NCBI GenBank assembly: GCA_902600225.1
Contig: CACKIH010000003.1
Coordinates: forward strand, 32,709-96,708
Origin: an uncultured Alphaproteobacteria bacterium
Lineage (GTDB): Bacteria > Pseudomonadota > Alphaproteobacteria > HIMB59 > GCA-002718135
Direction of reading: 5' to 3'
DNA length: 64,000 nt
The translations under genes were made by a program, and so were the position numbers. Shown piece by piece: positions 11,301-20,237 of this stretch. Every line of letters starts with the position of its first letter. Position 1 is the stretch's first letter. The notes below the pieces were generated by a model. It was not told where the DNA came from and did no database searches. It saw only the letters and a list, made by a program, of their open reading frames with translations.

Positions 11301-12070
11301 TATCCAAATCTCCCTGTAATGTAATCCTGTGTTTTTGTATTATCGGGATTTGTAAAAATTTTATTTGTTTCCCCCGATTCTATTAATTCTCCTAAATGAA
11401 AGAAACATGTTTTCTGGGAAACTCTTGCTGCTTGTTGCATAGAATGAGTTACTATAATAATTGTATAGTTTAATCTTAATTCATCAATTAATTCTTCTAT
11501 AATAGCAGTTGCTATTGGATCTAAAGCAGAGCAAGGTTCATCCATTAGGATTATTTCAGGATTAACAGCAATTGCTCTTGCAATACATAATCTTTGTTGT
11601 TGACCCCCTGATAAACTTGTTCCTGGTTCGTTTAATCTATCTTTAACTTCATTATATAAACCAGCTTTTTTTAATGATGTTATAACTATATTTTCTAGGT
11701 CAGATTTTGTATCTGCTAATCCGTGAATACTAGGTCCATAAGCTACATTATCAAATATTGATTTAGGAAAAGGATTTGGTTTCTGAAAAACCATTCCAAT
11801 TTTTGATCTGAGGCTTACCACATCAGTAGAGGAACTTATAATCTCTTCATTATCAACTTTAATCGATCCAGTTACTTTACAAATTTCAATGAGATCATTC
11901 ATTCGATTGATACATCTAAGAAATGTTGATTTACCACAACCAGATGGACCTATTAAAGCTGTTACTTCTTTTTCTTTAATGTCCATTGAGATCTTATTTA
12001 ATGCCTGCTTTTCAGAATAAAAAACATCAACGTCTTTCGCTGAAATCTTAGTATTGTTATTTTCTACCAT
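11300..12070 (-). CDS. pstB: Phosphate ABC transporter ATP-binding protein PstB
   Basis: Walker [10 protein letters not shown], signature LSGGQQQR and the PstB-type C-terminus YITGRFG. Confidence 0.95.
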   Translation of the reverse strand: MVENNNTKISAKDVDVFYSEKQALNKISMDIKEKEVTALIGPSGCGKSTFLRCINRMNDLIEICKVTGSIKVDNEEIISSSTDVVSLRSKIGMVFQKPNPFPKSIFDNVAYGPSIHGLADTKSDLENIVITSLKKAGLYNEVKDRLNEPGTSLSGGQQQRLCIARAIAVNPEIILMDEPCSALDPIATAIIEELIDELRLNYTIIIVTHSMQQAARVSQKTCFFHLGELIESGETNKIFTNPDNTKTQDYITGRFG

Positions 12071-13344
12071 TTCTTTTCAAATCTATTTCGTAAATATACA
12101 GCAAGAGCATTCATCATAAATAAAAATAATAATATAATCATAATCGCTGCTGCTGACTTTTCTTGAAAGCCTCGTTCAGCACTTTCTACCCATAAAAAAA
12201 TTTGAACAGGTAAAGAGGCTGACGGTTCTGTTATTCCTGTTGGTATATTGGGAATGAAGGCTACCATACCAATCATAATTAACGGAGCTGTTTCTCCTAA
12301 TGCCTGCGCTAAACCTATAATCGTTCCTGTTAATGTTCCGGGTAAAGCAAGTGGAACGACATGATGAAAAACTGCTTGAGACTTCGTTGCACCTATTGCT
12401 AAAGCACCTTCTTTAATTGAAGGTGGCACAGCTTTTAATGAAGCTCTGCAGGCGATTATTATGGTAGGTAGTGTCATCAATGCTAGGACTGTCCCTCCAA
12501 CAAGAGGTGTGCTTCTTGGAAAACCAAACACATTTAATAATACTCCTAAACCCAGGAGACCAAATACGATAGACGGAACAGCAGCCAAATTTGAAATATT
12601 AACTTCAATTAATTCTGTTAATTTATTTTTTGGAGCAAACTCTTCTAAATAAACTGAGGCACCAATTGCTATGGGAAATGATAAAATAAATACAACAAAT
12701 AGTGTGAGTAAAGATCCCATAAAAGATCCAGCGATTCCTGCAATTTCAGGGTGTCTTGAGTCTGCTCTAGTAAAAAAGAAATTATTAAATTCTTTTTGAA
12801 TTCTATCTTCTTCAACTAATTGATCTATGAAAGATAATTGGATGTCATTTAACTTTCTTCTATCTTCAGGCACATCTCTTCTTGAATTACCTTTTAACAT
12901 TTGATCAACATTACTGTGTGCTGTTACCCATAATTTTTGAGTCGAGTTTAGAACAGAAGGATTATCTATGTAATAATTTTTTATTTCTTTATCGATATTA
13001 GTTGAAAATAATTTTTTAATTAATTTAGCATCAGACTTACTCAAATTTTCAAAAACATTATTTAAAGCGTTCTTTTTAACTTTAAAAAATTTACCTTTTT
13101 CAATTTCCTGATCTGTTGAATCAGGAGTTAATTTTAGAACCTCTTGATCATAATTTATTTCCAAAAGTATGGTTGTTTTTTGAAAGGCACTAAAACCTCT
13201 TGAAAATATCGAGTATAATAAAAAAACAAGCACTGCTAATGCTAAGCACATTGCTATAAAACCATAATATTTAAAACGTAAATCTTGAGCACTTCTTTTT
13301 TTACGAAGTGCAATTATTCTTTCTTGTGCAACAATACTATTCAT
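12064..13344 (-). CDS. pstA: Phosphate ABC transporter permease PstA
   Basis: Polytopic permease following pstC, with the long N-terminal extension typical of alphaproteobacterial PstA. Confidence 0.9.
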   Translation of the reverse strand: MNSIVAQERIIALRKKRSAQDLRFKYYGFIAMCLALAVLVFLLYSIFSRGFSAFQKTTILLEINYDQEVLKLTPDSTDQEIEKGKFFKVKKNALNNVFENLSKSDAKLIKKLFSTNIDKEIKNYYIDNPSVLNSTQKLWVTAHSNVDQMLKGNSRRDVPEDRRKLNDIQLSFIDQLVEEDRIQKEFNNFFFTRADSRHPEIAGIAGSFMGSLLTLFVVFILSFPIAIGASVYLEEFAPKNKLTELIEVNISNLAAVPSIVFGLLGLGVLLNVFGFPRSTPLVGGTVLALMTLPTIIIACRASLKAVPPSIKEGALAIGATKSQAVFHHVVPLALPGTLTGTIIGLAQALGETAPLIMIGMVAFIPNIPTGITEPSASLPVQIFLWVESAERGFQEKSAAAIMIILLFLFMMNALAVYLRNRFEKKW

Positions 13345-14710
13345 AGCGTTCCCTGTATTTTTTTACGATACGTAATGCTAATACATTAAGACTTAATGTG
13401 ATTACAAATAATACTAATCCTAAAGCAAATGCTGATAAAGTCCTTGGATTATCAAATTCTTGATCACCAATTAAAGCAACAACTATTTGAACAGTAACAG
13501 TTGTTACATTTTCAAAAGGGTTAGCAGTTAAATTAGCTGCTGTTCCAGCGGCAACTACAACAATCATTGTTTCTCCAATAGCTCTTGAAATTGCAAGTAA
13601 GAAAGCTCCTACAATTCCAGGGAGTGCTGCAGGTAAAATTACTTTTTTAATTGTTTCCGCTTTGTTAGCACCAATACCAAGAGATCCTTCTCTTAAACTT
13701 TGTGGAACTGAATTTATTACATCGTCAGATAAAGAGGAAATAAAAGGAATTATCATTACACCCATAACTAAACCAGCTGCTAAAGCACTAGTTGGAGAAG
13801 CATCTATACCTATCGATTGACCAAAAGATTTTACAAAAGGTGCTACTGTCACAAAAGCAAAAAAACCATAAACGATTGTTGGTATTCCTGCTAAAATTTC
13901 AAGTAATGGTTTGACTGTTTTTCTTACTTTTTGAGAAGCATATTCTGATAAATAAATTGCGGTAAACAAACCAATAGGTGCTGCAACACACATAGCAACA
14001 ATCATTACTAAAAAAGTTCCTGCAAATATAGGAACTGCACCAAAAGATCCCTCAGCTGCAGCCTGACCTTCTCTGATTGGGATAAAGGGATACCATTCTG
14101 TACTAAATAAAAATTCGAATAAAGATACTTGAGAGAAAAAACGAAAACTTTCAAAAATTAATGAAAATATTATTCCAATTGTTGTTAAGACAGCGATTGA
14201 AGAACAAAAGATGAGTAGATATTTTATATATTTCTCAATTGTATCCTGTGCATTAAACTGAATATTTATTTTTCTAACAGCATACAAAGAACCAAGGACC
14301 ATAATTATTATAATTGATATGTAGAATGAAATCTGGCTAGTTAATTTTAATGATTTGTATTGCGCTGCAGCATTAATTATTTCTTGTGATTTACCATCAC
14401 TGAAATCAATATTATTTGCTACATTTCTAATTTCCGCTAAGAGAAGCCCATAATCATATGCAGCACCCTCTACGTATTCAAAACTATTTAAAATTAGATT
14501 TTGAATTATTTGTTCTTCAAAAATTGCCCAAGAGAAATAGACTATTAATGCAGGTAATAAGCACCAACTTAAGACATATTGTGCATGATAATTATATTGT
14601 GATTTAGGTTTAAGGTTTGTCGAATATACAAGTTTTTTAATGCGTGATTTTCCAAAAATATAAGAAGAATAAATTCCTATTAGTATTAGGACGATTGACC
14701 AAAAAAACAC
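13337..14710 (-). CDS. pstC: Phosphate ABC transporter permease PstC
   Basis: Polytopic permease immediately downstream of pstS. Overlaps the pstA start. Confidence 0.9.
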   Translation of the reverse strand: MFFWSIVLILIGIYSSYIFGKSRIKKLVYSTNLKPKSQYNYHAQYVLSWCLLPALIVYFSWAIFEEQIIQNLILNSFEYVEGAAYDYGLLLAEIRNVANNIDFSDGKSQEIINAAAQYKSLKLTSQISFYISIIIIMVLGSLYAVRKINIQFNAQDTIEKYIKYLLIFCSSIAVLTTIGIIFSLIFESFRFFSQVSLFEFLFSTEWYPFIPIREGQAAAEGSFGAVPIFAGTFLVMIVAMCVAAPIGLFTAIYLSEYASQKVRKTVKPLLEILAGIPTIVYGFFAFVTVAPFVKSFGQSIGIDASPTSALAAGLVMGVMIIPFISSLSDDVINSVPQSLREGSLGIGANKAETIKKVILPAALPGIVGAFLLAISRAIGETMIVVVAAGTAANLTANPFENVTTVTVQIVVALIGDQEFDNPRTLSAFALGLVLFVITLSLNVLALRIVKKYRERYE

Positions 14711-14722
14711 GGTTATTTGTAA

Positions 14723-14755
14723 TTAAAAAAAAGGGAGATTCGTATCCCCCTTTTT
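14723..14755 (-). terminator. Intrinsic terminator/attenuator between pstS and pstC
   Basis: The coding strand reads AAAAAGGGGGAUACGAAUCUCCCUUUUUUUU. This gives a 7-bp stem (one G-U pair), an ACGA tetraloop and a U8 tract. Confidence 0.7.
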
Positions 14756-14771
14756 CGTATTTTAAAAAATA

Positions 14772-15740
14772 TTATTTATAATTTTTCTGATTGTTAACTG
14801 CATCTAAAACAGTTTCTCTATCAGAAGGACTAAGCTCTACAAGACCTGCTTCCAAAAGATAATCTTCAGTTGCTTCTTCGCTAACAAACTCATTAACATA
14901 TTCCATAATTCCTGGAATTACGCCTATATGTGCTTTTTTAATATAAAAAAATAATGGTCTTGCTATTGGATATGAATAGTCTTGAATACCTTCCATCGAA
15001 ATTTCTACACCGTCTATTTTAGAGGCTTTAACTTTGTCAGTATTATTGGATAAAAAACTATAACCAAATATTCCAAAAGCACCTTTCTCCTTTGAAATAT
15101 GCTCAACATAAAGTTCGTCTTTTTCACCACCTTCAATTACATGTCCATCTTCACGATATTTTTTACAATCCCCATCTGCGACTAACATTTCTTTAACACA
15201 GCCCTTTTTCATTACTAGTGAATCGAAAGCATCTCTTGTTCCTGAAGTTGGTGGTGGTGCCATGATTGAAATTTCTACATTGGGTAAACTAGCATCTATG
15301 TCCGACCAAGTTTTTGGTGCATTCTTATTGTCTTTTGCCATTGCTTGCCAAATCTGTTCTTTGGTCAGATTAATATCTCCGTAATCATAATCTGCTGAAT
15401 ATGCAAACGCTATACCATCATTTCCTACTCTTACTTCAATTATATCTGTAACACCATTTTCTTTACACAACTGAAATTCTTTATCTTTTTGTGCTCTTGA
15501 TGAATTAGTTATGTCAGGATGTTCTACTCCTATACCTGCACAAAATAATTTATGACCTCCACCAGAACCAGTTGATTCAATTACTGGCGCCTTCATTCCC
15601 TCAGAAGCTAACTTCTCAGCTACTAAAGTAGCAAATGGATATACAGTTGATGAACCAACTATAGAAATATAGTCTCTTGCAATTAAACTCGTTGAGCTTA
15701 AAAAAAGACAAGTTGATAAGAAACAGATTATTTTTTTCAT
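14772..15740 (-). CDS. pstS: Periplasmic phosphate-binding protein PstS
   Basis: Signal peptide. PBP-type GSSTVYPF and SGTRDAF motifs. First gene of pstSCAB. Confidence 0.9.
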   Translation of the reverse strand: MKKIICFLSTCLFLSSTSLIARDYISIVGSSTVYPFATLVAEKLASEGMKAPVIESTGSGGGHKLFCAGIGVEHPDITNSSRAQKDKEFQLCKENGVTDIIEVRVGNDGIAFAYSADYDYGDINLTKEQIWQAMAKDNKNAPKTWSDIDASLPNVEISIMAPPPTSGTRDAFDSLVMKKGCVKEMLVADGDCKKYREDGHVIEGGEKDELYVEHISKEKGAFGIFGYSFLSNNTDKVKASKIDGVEISMEGIQDYSYPIARPLFFYIKKAHIGVIPGIMEYVNEFVSEEATEDYLLEAGLVELSPSDRETVLDAVNNQKNYK

Positions 15741-15783
15741 AATTATCCTCTAATTTTTTAATTAAAAAAATAGATACAAATAC

Positions 15784-15806
15784 TTTATTACAATTTTATT
15801 ACATTT
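15784..15806 (-). promoter_or_regulatory. Pho-box-like tandem repeat upstream of pstS
   Basis: The coding strand reads AAATGTAATAAAATTGTAATAAA, with two TGTAAT hexamers exactly 11 bp apart. It ends about 45 nt upstream of the pstS ATG and is followed by the RBS AGAGGA. Confidence 0.65.
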
Positions 15807-16846
15807 TAATTAATAATTGGTAACGCTACAGAAAAGGTTGAGCCTTTATCAATCTGACTCTCTATTTTCATTTTACCATTGTGCTTATTGGTAATATGTT
15901 TCACTATTGAAAGGCCTAAGCCGGTTCCACCTTGATTTCTAGACCGGTTTTTATCTACCCTGTAAAAACGCTCAGTCAATCTTGATAGGTGTTCCTCTGA
16001 AATACCTTCTCCAAAATCTCGAAAATGAATTTCACAATAATTAATATTTTGCTCCAATCTTTCTTTTAATTCAATTTCAATTTTTGAATTTTCTTTACTA
16101 TATTTTATTGCGTTATCTGTTAAATTTATAAAAACCTGAATAAGGGCATCTTTATTACCTAACACATCATCTTTTGATAAATAATTATTAATTTTAACTT
16201 CTATATTTTTATCATTAATTTTATTTTGTAAATTGTCTAATACACCTTCAATGAGATTAATGATGTTAATTTGTTCAAAATTCATTTGTATTTCATCTGA
16301 TTCATATTTACTTAAAAGTAATAGATCTTCTACTAATCTAGTCATACGCCAAGCCTGATCTTCCATAGTATCTAAGAATTTACCAACAAAATTATCTAGC
16401 TTATTTTCAGAAGATGAATTTACGGAATTCTTTATAGTTTCGATATATCCTACTATAGATGACAATGGCGTTCTTAATTCATGACTAACGTTAGCTACAA
16501 AGTCAGTTCTCATTTGTTCATAATTTTTTAAAGTACTCTGATCAGTTAAAGATATGATAAGCTCACTGTAATCATTATCAAAAAAAGTTAAATCTCCTAT
16601 AAAATACAAGTCTGTAAAATTGCTTGGAGAAAACTCAAGTTTAGAGTCTTTTTTATTCGAAAAAGATTCTTCAATAAATTTATTCAACTCAGATGAGCGA
16701 ATGACATTGTTAATATCTATTTTTTCTTCAATAAATAGAAATTTCTGTTTGGCTACATTGTTATAGAAAGTAATTTGTTTGTTAATATCAATTGCTATAA
16801 TTATAATTGGGATTTTATTTAGACTTTGACTTAAGTTTTTTTTCAT
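15806..16846 (-). CDS. phoR: Phosphate regulon sensor histidine kinase PhoR (no predicted TM segments)
   Basis: H-box SHELRTPL and an HATPase C-terminus (GGTGLGLSIVK). The N-terminus is PAS-like and I see no hydrophobic membrane anchor. Lies upstream of pstS. Confidence 0.85.
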   Translation of the reverse strand: MKKNLSQSLNKIPIIIIAIDINKQITFYNNVAKQKFLFIEEKIDINNVIRSSELNKFIEESFSNKKDSKLEFSPSNFTDLYFIGDLTFFDNDYSELIISLTDQSTLKNYEQMRTDFVANVSHELRTPLSSIVGYIETIKNSVNSSSENKLDNFVGKFLDTMEDQAWRMTRLVEDLLLLSKYESDEIQMNFEQINIINLIEGVLDNLQNKINDKNIEVKINNYLSKDDVLGNKDALIQVFINLTDNAIKYSKENSKIEIELKERLEQNINYCEIHFRDFGEGISEEHLSRLTERFYRVDKNRSRNQGGTGLGLSIVKHITNKHNGKMKIESQIDKGSTFSVALPIIN

Positions 16847-17315
16847 ATTTTTTTAGTTTAGGCCAATCATTATCACTTAAAATATAGCCTACGCAATTTC
16901 GCGAACCACACTTACAAATGTGATCCACAAAATCTGTATCAAAAGGATAACCATAGTTATAAAAAAGTTCGGCACCTTTTTTTATTCGTTTAATGGAAGA
17001 AATCCAAATTTCATTATCTATGATGTCTACTTCACAATTAGGATTACATGAGTGATTAATAAATTTTGCAAAATTATAATCAACATCACCGTCGATGTCG
17101 TATCGCTTGTTTAGTTCAAAAACATAGACCATTCCGTTATTTTTATCTTTTTTTGCTTTACGGATTTGTTTATCTGCTCTTTTGTCACCCTCTCTTTTAG
17201 TAACTTTATCACCAATATATTGGATTACTTTCTGGCCTTTTTTAATATTAGTTTTTGCAAATAATCCGGAGCCGTGAAGGGGTGATTTTTTTTTAAACCA
17301 AATTTTCTGCGTCAT
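16815..17315 (-). CDS. SET-domain protein (putative lysine methyltransferase)
   Basis: SET motifs: FINHSCNPNC, ELFYNYGY and a post-SET Cys cluster CKCGSRNC. Its 3' end overlaps the phoR start by 32 nt. Confidence 0.8.
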   Translation of the reverse strand: MTQKIWFKKKSPLHGSGLFAKTNIKKGQKVIQYIGDKVTKREGDKRADKQIRKAKKDKNNGMVYVFELNKRYDIDGDVDYNFAKFINHSCNPNCEVDIIDNEIWISSIKRIKKGAELFYNYGYPFDTDFVDHICKCGSRNCVGYILSDNDWPKLKKYEKKLKSKSK

Positions 17316-17401
17316 ACTGTTATTTTTTTACAATACACACATATAATAATAAATTGTATTATAAAATGATACTTTTATGTATAAGAGCAATTCTTTAATT
17401 A

Positions 17402-18214
17402 ATGAAATTTGAAATAAATAAAAAATTTTACCGCACAATTTGGATTTCGGATACCCATCTAGGAACTAGTGGCTGTAAAAGCAACATGCTTTTAGAATTC
17501 TTAGAGGAAACAGATTCAGAATATTTATTTTTAGTAGGCGACATTGTAGATGGATGGCGCATGCGTAAGAAAATGTATTGGCCTCAAGAACATAATGATG
17601 TGGTTCAAAAAGTTTTAAAAAAAGCGAAAAATGGAACTAAGGTAGTGCTTATCCCAGGAAATCATGATGAAGTATTAAAAGATTTTACAAATTTTTCCTT
17701 TGGAGAAATTTCAATCAAAAACGAAGATACTCATCAATTAGCTGATGGAAGAAAAGTACTGATTTCACACGGAGATGAGTTTGATGCTGTGATCATTAAT
17801 GCAAGATGGTTAGCCAAAGTGGGATCAGCACTTTATGAATATTTACTAAAGTTAAATAATGTATTCAATTTTATTCGACGAAAAATGGGTTTATCTTACT
17901 GGTCACTGTCTCAATATTTAAAAAAGAAAACAAAGCATGCAACGAACTTTATTAGTAATTTTGAGTTTGCTGTATCTGATAGGGCAAGAAGAGAAAATGC
18001 CGATGTAGTTGTGTGCGGGCATATACATAGACCAGAAATAAAAGAATTAAATGGTGTTCTCTATTGTAATGATGGTGACTGGATTGAAAGTTGTACAGCA
18101 CTTGTTGAAGATGAAATTGGAAATTTATCAATTCTTAATTGGCCTGAAGAAAGAGAAAAATTAAAATTAATTTCTTTAGAAGAAAGACGAAAAATAAAAG
18201 AGGATGCAGCCTAA
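17402..18214 (+). CDS. plcP: LpxH-like metallophosphoesterase, PlcP-type phospholipase C for lipid remodelling
   Basis: Calcineurin-like motifs ISDTHLG, GDIVDGW, GNHDE and GHIH. Overlaps a GT4 glycosyltransferase gene and lies next to the pst locus. Confidence 0.75.
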   Translation: MKFEINKKFYRTIWISDTHLGTSGCKSNMLLEFLEETDSEYLFLVGDIVDGWRMRKKMYWPQEHNDVVQKVLKKAKNGTKVVLIPGNHDEVLKDFTNFSFGEISIKNEDTHQLADGRKVLISHGDEFDAVIINARWLAKVGSALYEYLLKLNNVFNFIRRKMGLSYWSLSQYLKKKTKHATNFISNFEFAVSDRARRENADVVVCGHIHRPEIKELNGVLYCNDGDWIESCTALVEDEIGNLSILNWPEEREKLKLISLEERRKIKEDAA

Positions 18215-19211
18215 AAAAATCGCATTAATTAGTGATGCGTGGGTTCCTCAGGTAAATGGCGTAGTTACGACATTTCAAAGCGTTATACCTCTCCTAGAAA
18301 AAAAAGGTTTTGAAATTAAAATATTACATCCTGAGATGTTTAATAATTTTAGTTATCCTTGGTACAAAGAAATAAAAATTTCTTACAATACTAAAAAAGT
18401 TACGGAAAAATTTTTTAAAGAATTTAATCCAGATATTGTTCATATAATGACTGAAGGTCCAGTAGGTTTTGCTGGTCGTAAGTACTGCCTTAAAAATAAA
18501 CTACGATACACTTCTTCTTTTCATACTCGTTTTCCTGATTATATTAAACAGAGAGCTTATATTCCTAAAAGTTTAACATATTCAATATTAAGAAAACTTC
18601 ATGATAATTCTTTAAATGTACTTGTTCCATCGCTTTCCATGGTCAAAGAATTAGAGCGGTATAATTTCAAAAATTTAAAAGTATGGAATAGAGGAGTTGA
18701 TACTGAATTATTCAACCCAAATAAAAGAAATAGAAATGATAATGACATTCAACTGACCTATGTTGGAAGAGTTGCTATTGAAAAAAATATTGAAGAATTT
18801 TTAAAACTAAAAGGAAATTATAATAAAAAAGTTGTAGGTGATGGTCCTGAATTACAAAAATATATAAATAAGTATCCTGAAGTAAATTTTGTTGGGTTGA
18901 AACGAGGTAATGAACTTGCAGAATATTATGCGAATGCTGATGTATTTGTTTTCCCATCTAAAACGGATACTTTAGGGAATGTAATACTTGAAGCTCTTGC
19001 TTGTGGAACACCAATTGCTGCATTTCCTGTTACTGGACCAAAAGATATTCTAAAAGATTCTAAAATAAATACACTTGATGACAAACTAGGTAATTCTGTT
19101 GAAAAAGCTCTTAAAGTGAATAGAAATGATTGTCGTGAATTTGCTATGAAATTTACGTGGGAAGATTGTGCAAATGAATTTTTAGATTCACAAATTGATT
19201 CTAAAAATTAA
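18204..19211 (+). CDS. agt: GT4 glycosyltransferase, Agt-type glycolipid synthase
   Basis: GT-B C-terminal motif GNVILEALACGTPIAAF. 11-nt overlap with plcP. Confidence 0.7.
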   Translation: MQPKKIALISDAWVPQVNGVVTTFQSVIPLLEKKGFEIKILHPEMFNNFSYPWYKEIKISYNTKKVTEKFFKEFNPDIVHIMTEGPVGFAGRKYCLKNKLRYTSSFHTRFPDYIKQRAYIPKSLTYSILRKLHDNSLNVLVPSLSMVKELERYNFKNLKVWNRGVDTELFNPNKRNRNDNDIQLTYVGRVAIEKNIEEFLKLKGNYNKKVVGDGPELQKYINKYPEVNFVGLKRGNELAEYYANADVFVFPSKTDTLGNVILEALACGTPIAAFPVTGPKDILKDSKINTLDDKLGNSVEKALKVNRNDCREFAMKFTWEDCANEFLDSQIDSKN

Positions 19212-19219
19212 TAACTTTT

Positions 19220-19447
19220 TTAAACAAATAAATAGACGTACCCAAAAAGAAAAAGAGGTAGTTGTAATCCAAAGTTTGTTAATAGCGCTTTATCTCTTGT
19301 CATATAACCAACCACTGACCAACCAACTGCACCTGTTCCATGTATAATAATATTATATGGATACGCATTTAAATTAGTTAGTAGTATTCCAGACAAGATT
19401 AAAAAGGTACTAAACCACTTAATTCTATTAATTGATATATCTGTCAT
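19220..19447 (-). CDS. Small 3-TM membrane protein, function unknown
   Basis: Three hydrophobic segments. I prefer the Met29 start (MTDISINR...) because the longer 5' extension would cover the Pho-box-like promoter of the divergent DUF47-pit operon. Confidence 0.5.
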   Translation of the reverse strand: MTDISINRIKWFSTFLILSGILLTNLNAYPYNIIIHGTGAVGWSVVGYMTRDKALLTNFGLQLPLFLFGYVYLFV

Positions 19448-19511
19448 AAAACTCCTATTTTGTGAAAATTTCATTAATATATGTAACCTAAAGATAAAGA
19501 TATTAATCAAA

Positions 19512-19533
19512 TTGTAACGAATTTTTAACATTT
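19512..19533 (+). promoter_or_regulatory. Pho-box-like repeat upstream of the DUF47-pit operon
   Basis: TTGTAACGAATTTTTAACATTT. TGTAAC and TTTAAC are 11 bp apart, 36-57 nt upstream of the ATG at 19569. Confidence 0.45.
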
Positions 19534-19568
19534 CTTTATTTTTTTTTGAAAAGTTCTATAAGCACGCC

Positions 19569-20231
19569 ATGTTTGGACTAAAAAGTGCATCTTTATTTGG
19601 TGATACCAAGAAACTTGAGAGAGAAATTGATGAGTTTGTCGATATTGTCTCTGAAGTAGGTTTGGTGTTTAAATCGATAGTTCCAACTTATCTCAATCAT
19701 TCTGCCAATGGTAAATTTGAGGAAATGGTTGAAAAAGTAAAAGAAATGGAAAGTAAGGCTGACAAAATTACGAAAGATGTTGAGCATACTCTTTATGAAG
19801 AAACACTAATCCCAGATGCAAGAAGTGATGTGTTACGACTTCTAGAACACATCGACGAATTAATTGGAATGTACCAAGGGAATTGTTATCACTTCTCTAT
19901 TCAAAAACCTAATTTTCCAAAAGAGTTTCACCAAGATTTAATTGAGTTAACAGAGACTGTTGTAAATTGTGTTGAATCATTATGTTTAACTGTAAGATCA
20001 TTTTTTAGAGATATTAAATCTGTTAGAGATAATGCACATAAAGTTACATTTTATGAAAAAGAATCTGATATAAAATTTAGTTCTCTTGCAAGAAGAATTT
20101 TTGATTCTGAATTACCTCTAGATCAAAAAATGCATCTTCGATATTTTGTAGAGAAGATTGATCGTATTTGTGATCAAGCAGAAGACATAGCTGACGAGGT
20201 TCAAATTTACGCTATTAAACGTTCCGTTTAA
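19569..20231 (+). CDS. DUF47/TIGR00153 PhoU-like Pit accessory protein
   Basis: 220-aa helical protein directly upstream of a PiT-family transporter, equivalent to the orfA-pit / ykaA-pit arrangement. Confidence 0.75.
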   Translation: MFGLKSASLFGDTKKLEREIDEFVDIVSEVGLVFKSIVPTYLNHSANGKFEEMVEKVKEMESKADKITKDVEHTLYEETLIPDARSDVLRLLEHIDELIGMYQGNCYHFSIQKPNFPKEFHQDLIELTETVVNCVESLCLTVRSFFRDIKSVRDNAHKVTFYEKESDIKFSSLARRIFDSELPLDQKMHLRYFVEKIDRICDQAEDIADEVQIYAIKRSV

Positions 20232-20237
20232 TTTTCA

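Noticed and set aside
17355-17383. A possible Pho box upstream of plcP (TGTATT-12-TGATAC-11-TGTATA).
   Set aside because: The hexamers are degenerate and the phasing is irregular (12 then 11 bp). In AT-rich DNA this is too weak to call. I keep it only as a note in the plcP-agt finding.
19448-19531. A longer 103-aa version of the small membrane-protein ORF.
   Set aside because: The 28-aa extension is not hydrophobic, has no RBS and would overlap the Pho-box-like promoter of the divergent DUF47-pit operon. The Met29 start is preferred, at modest confidence.
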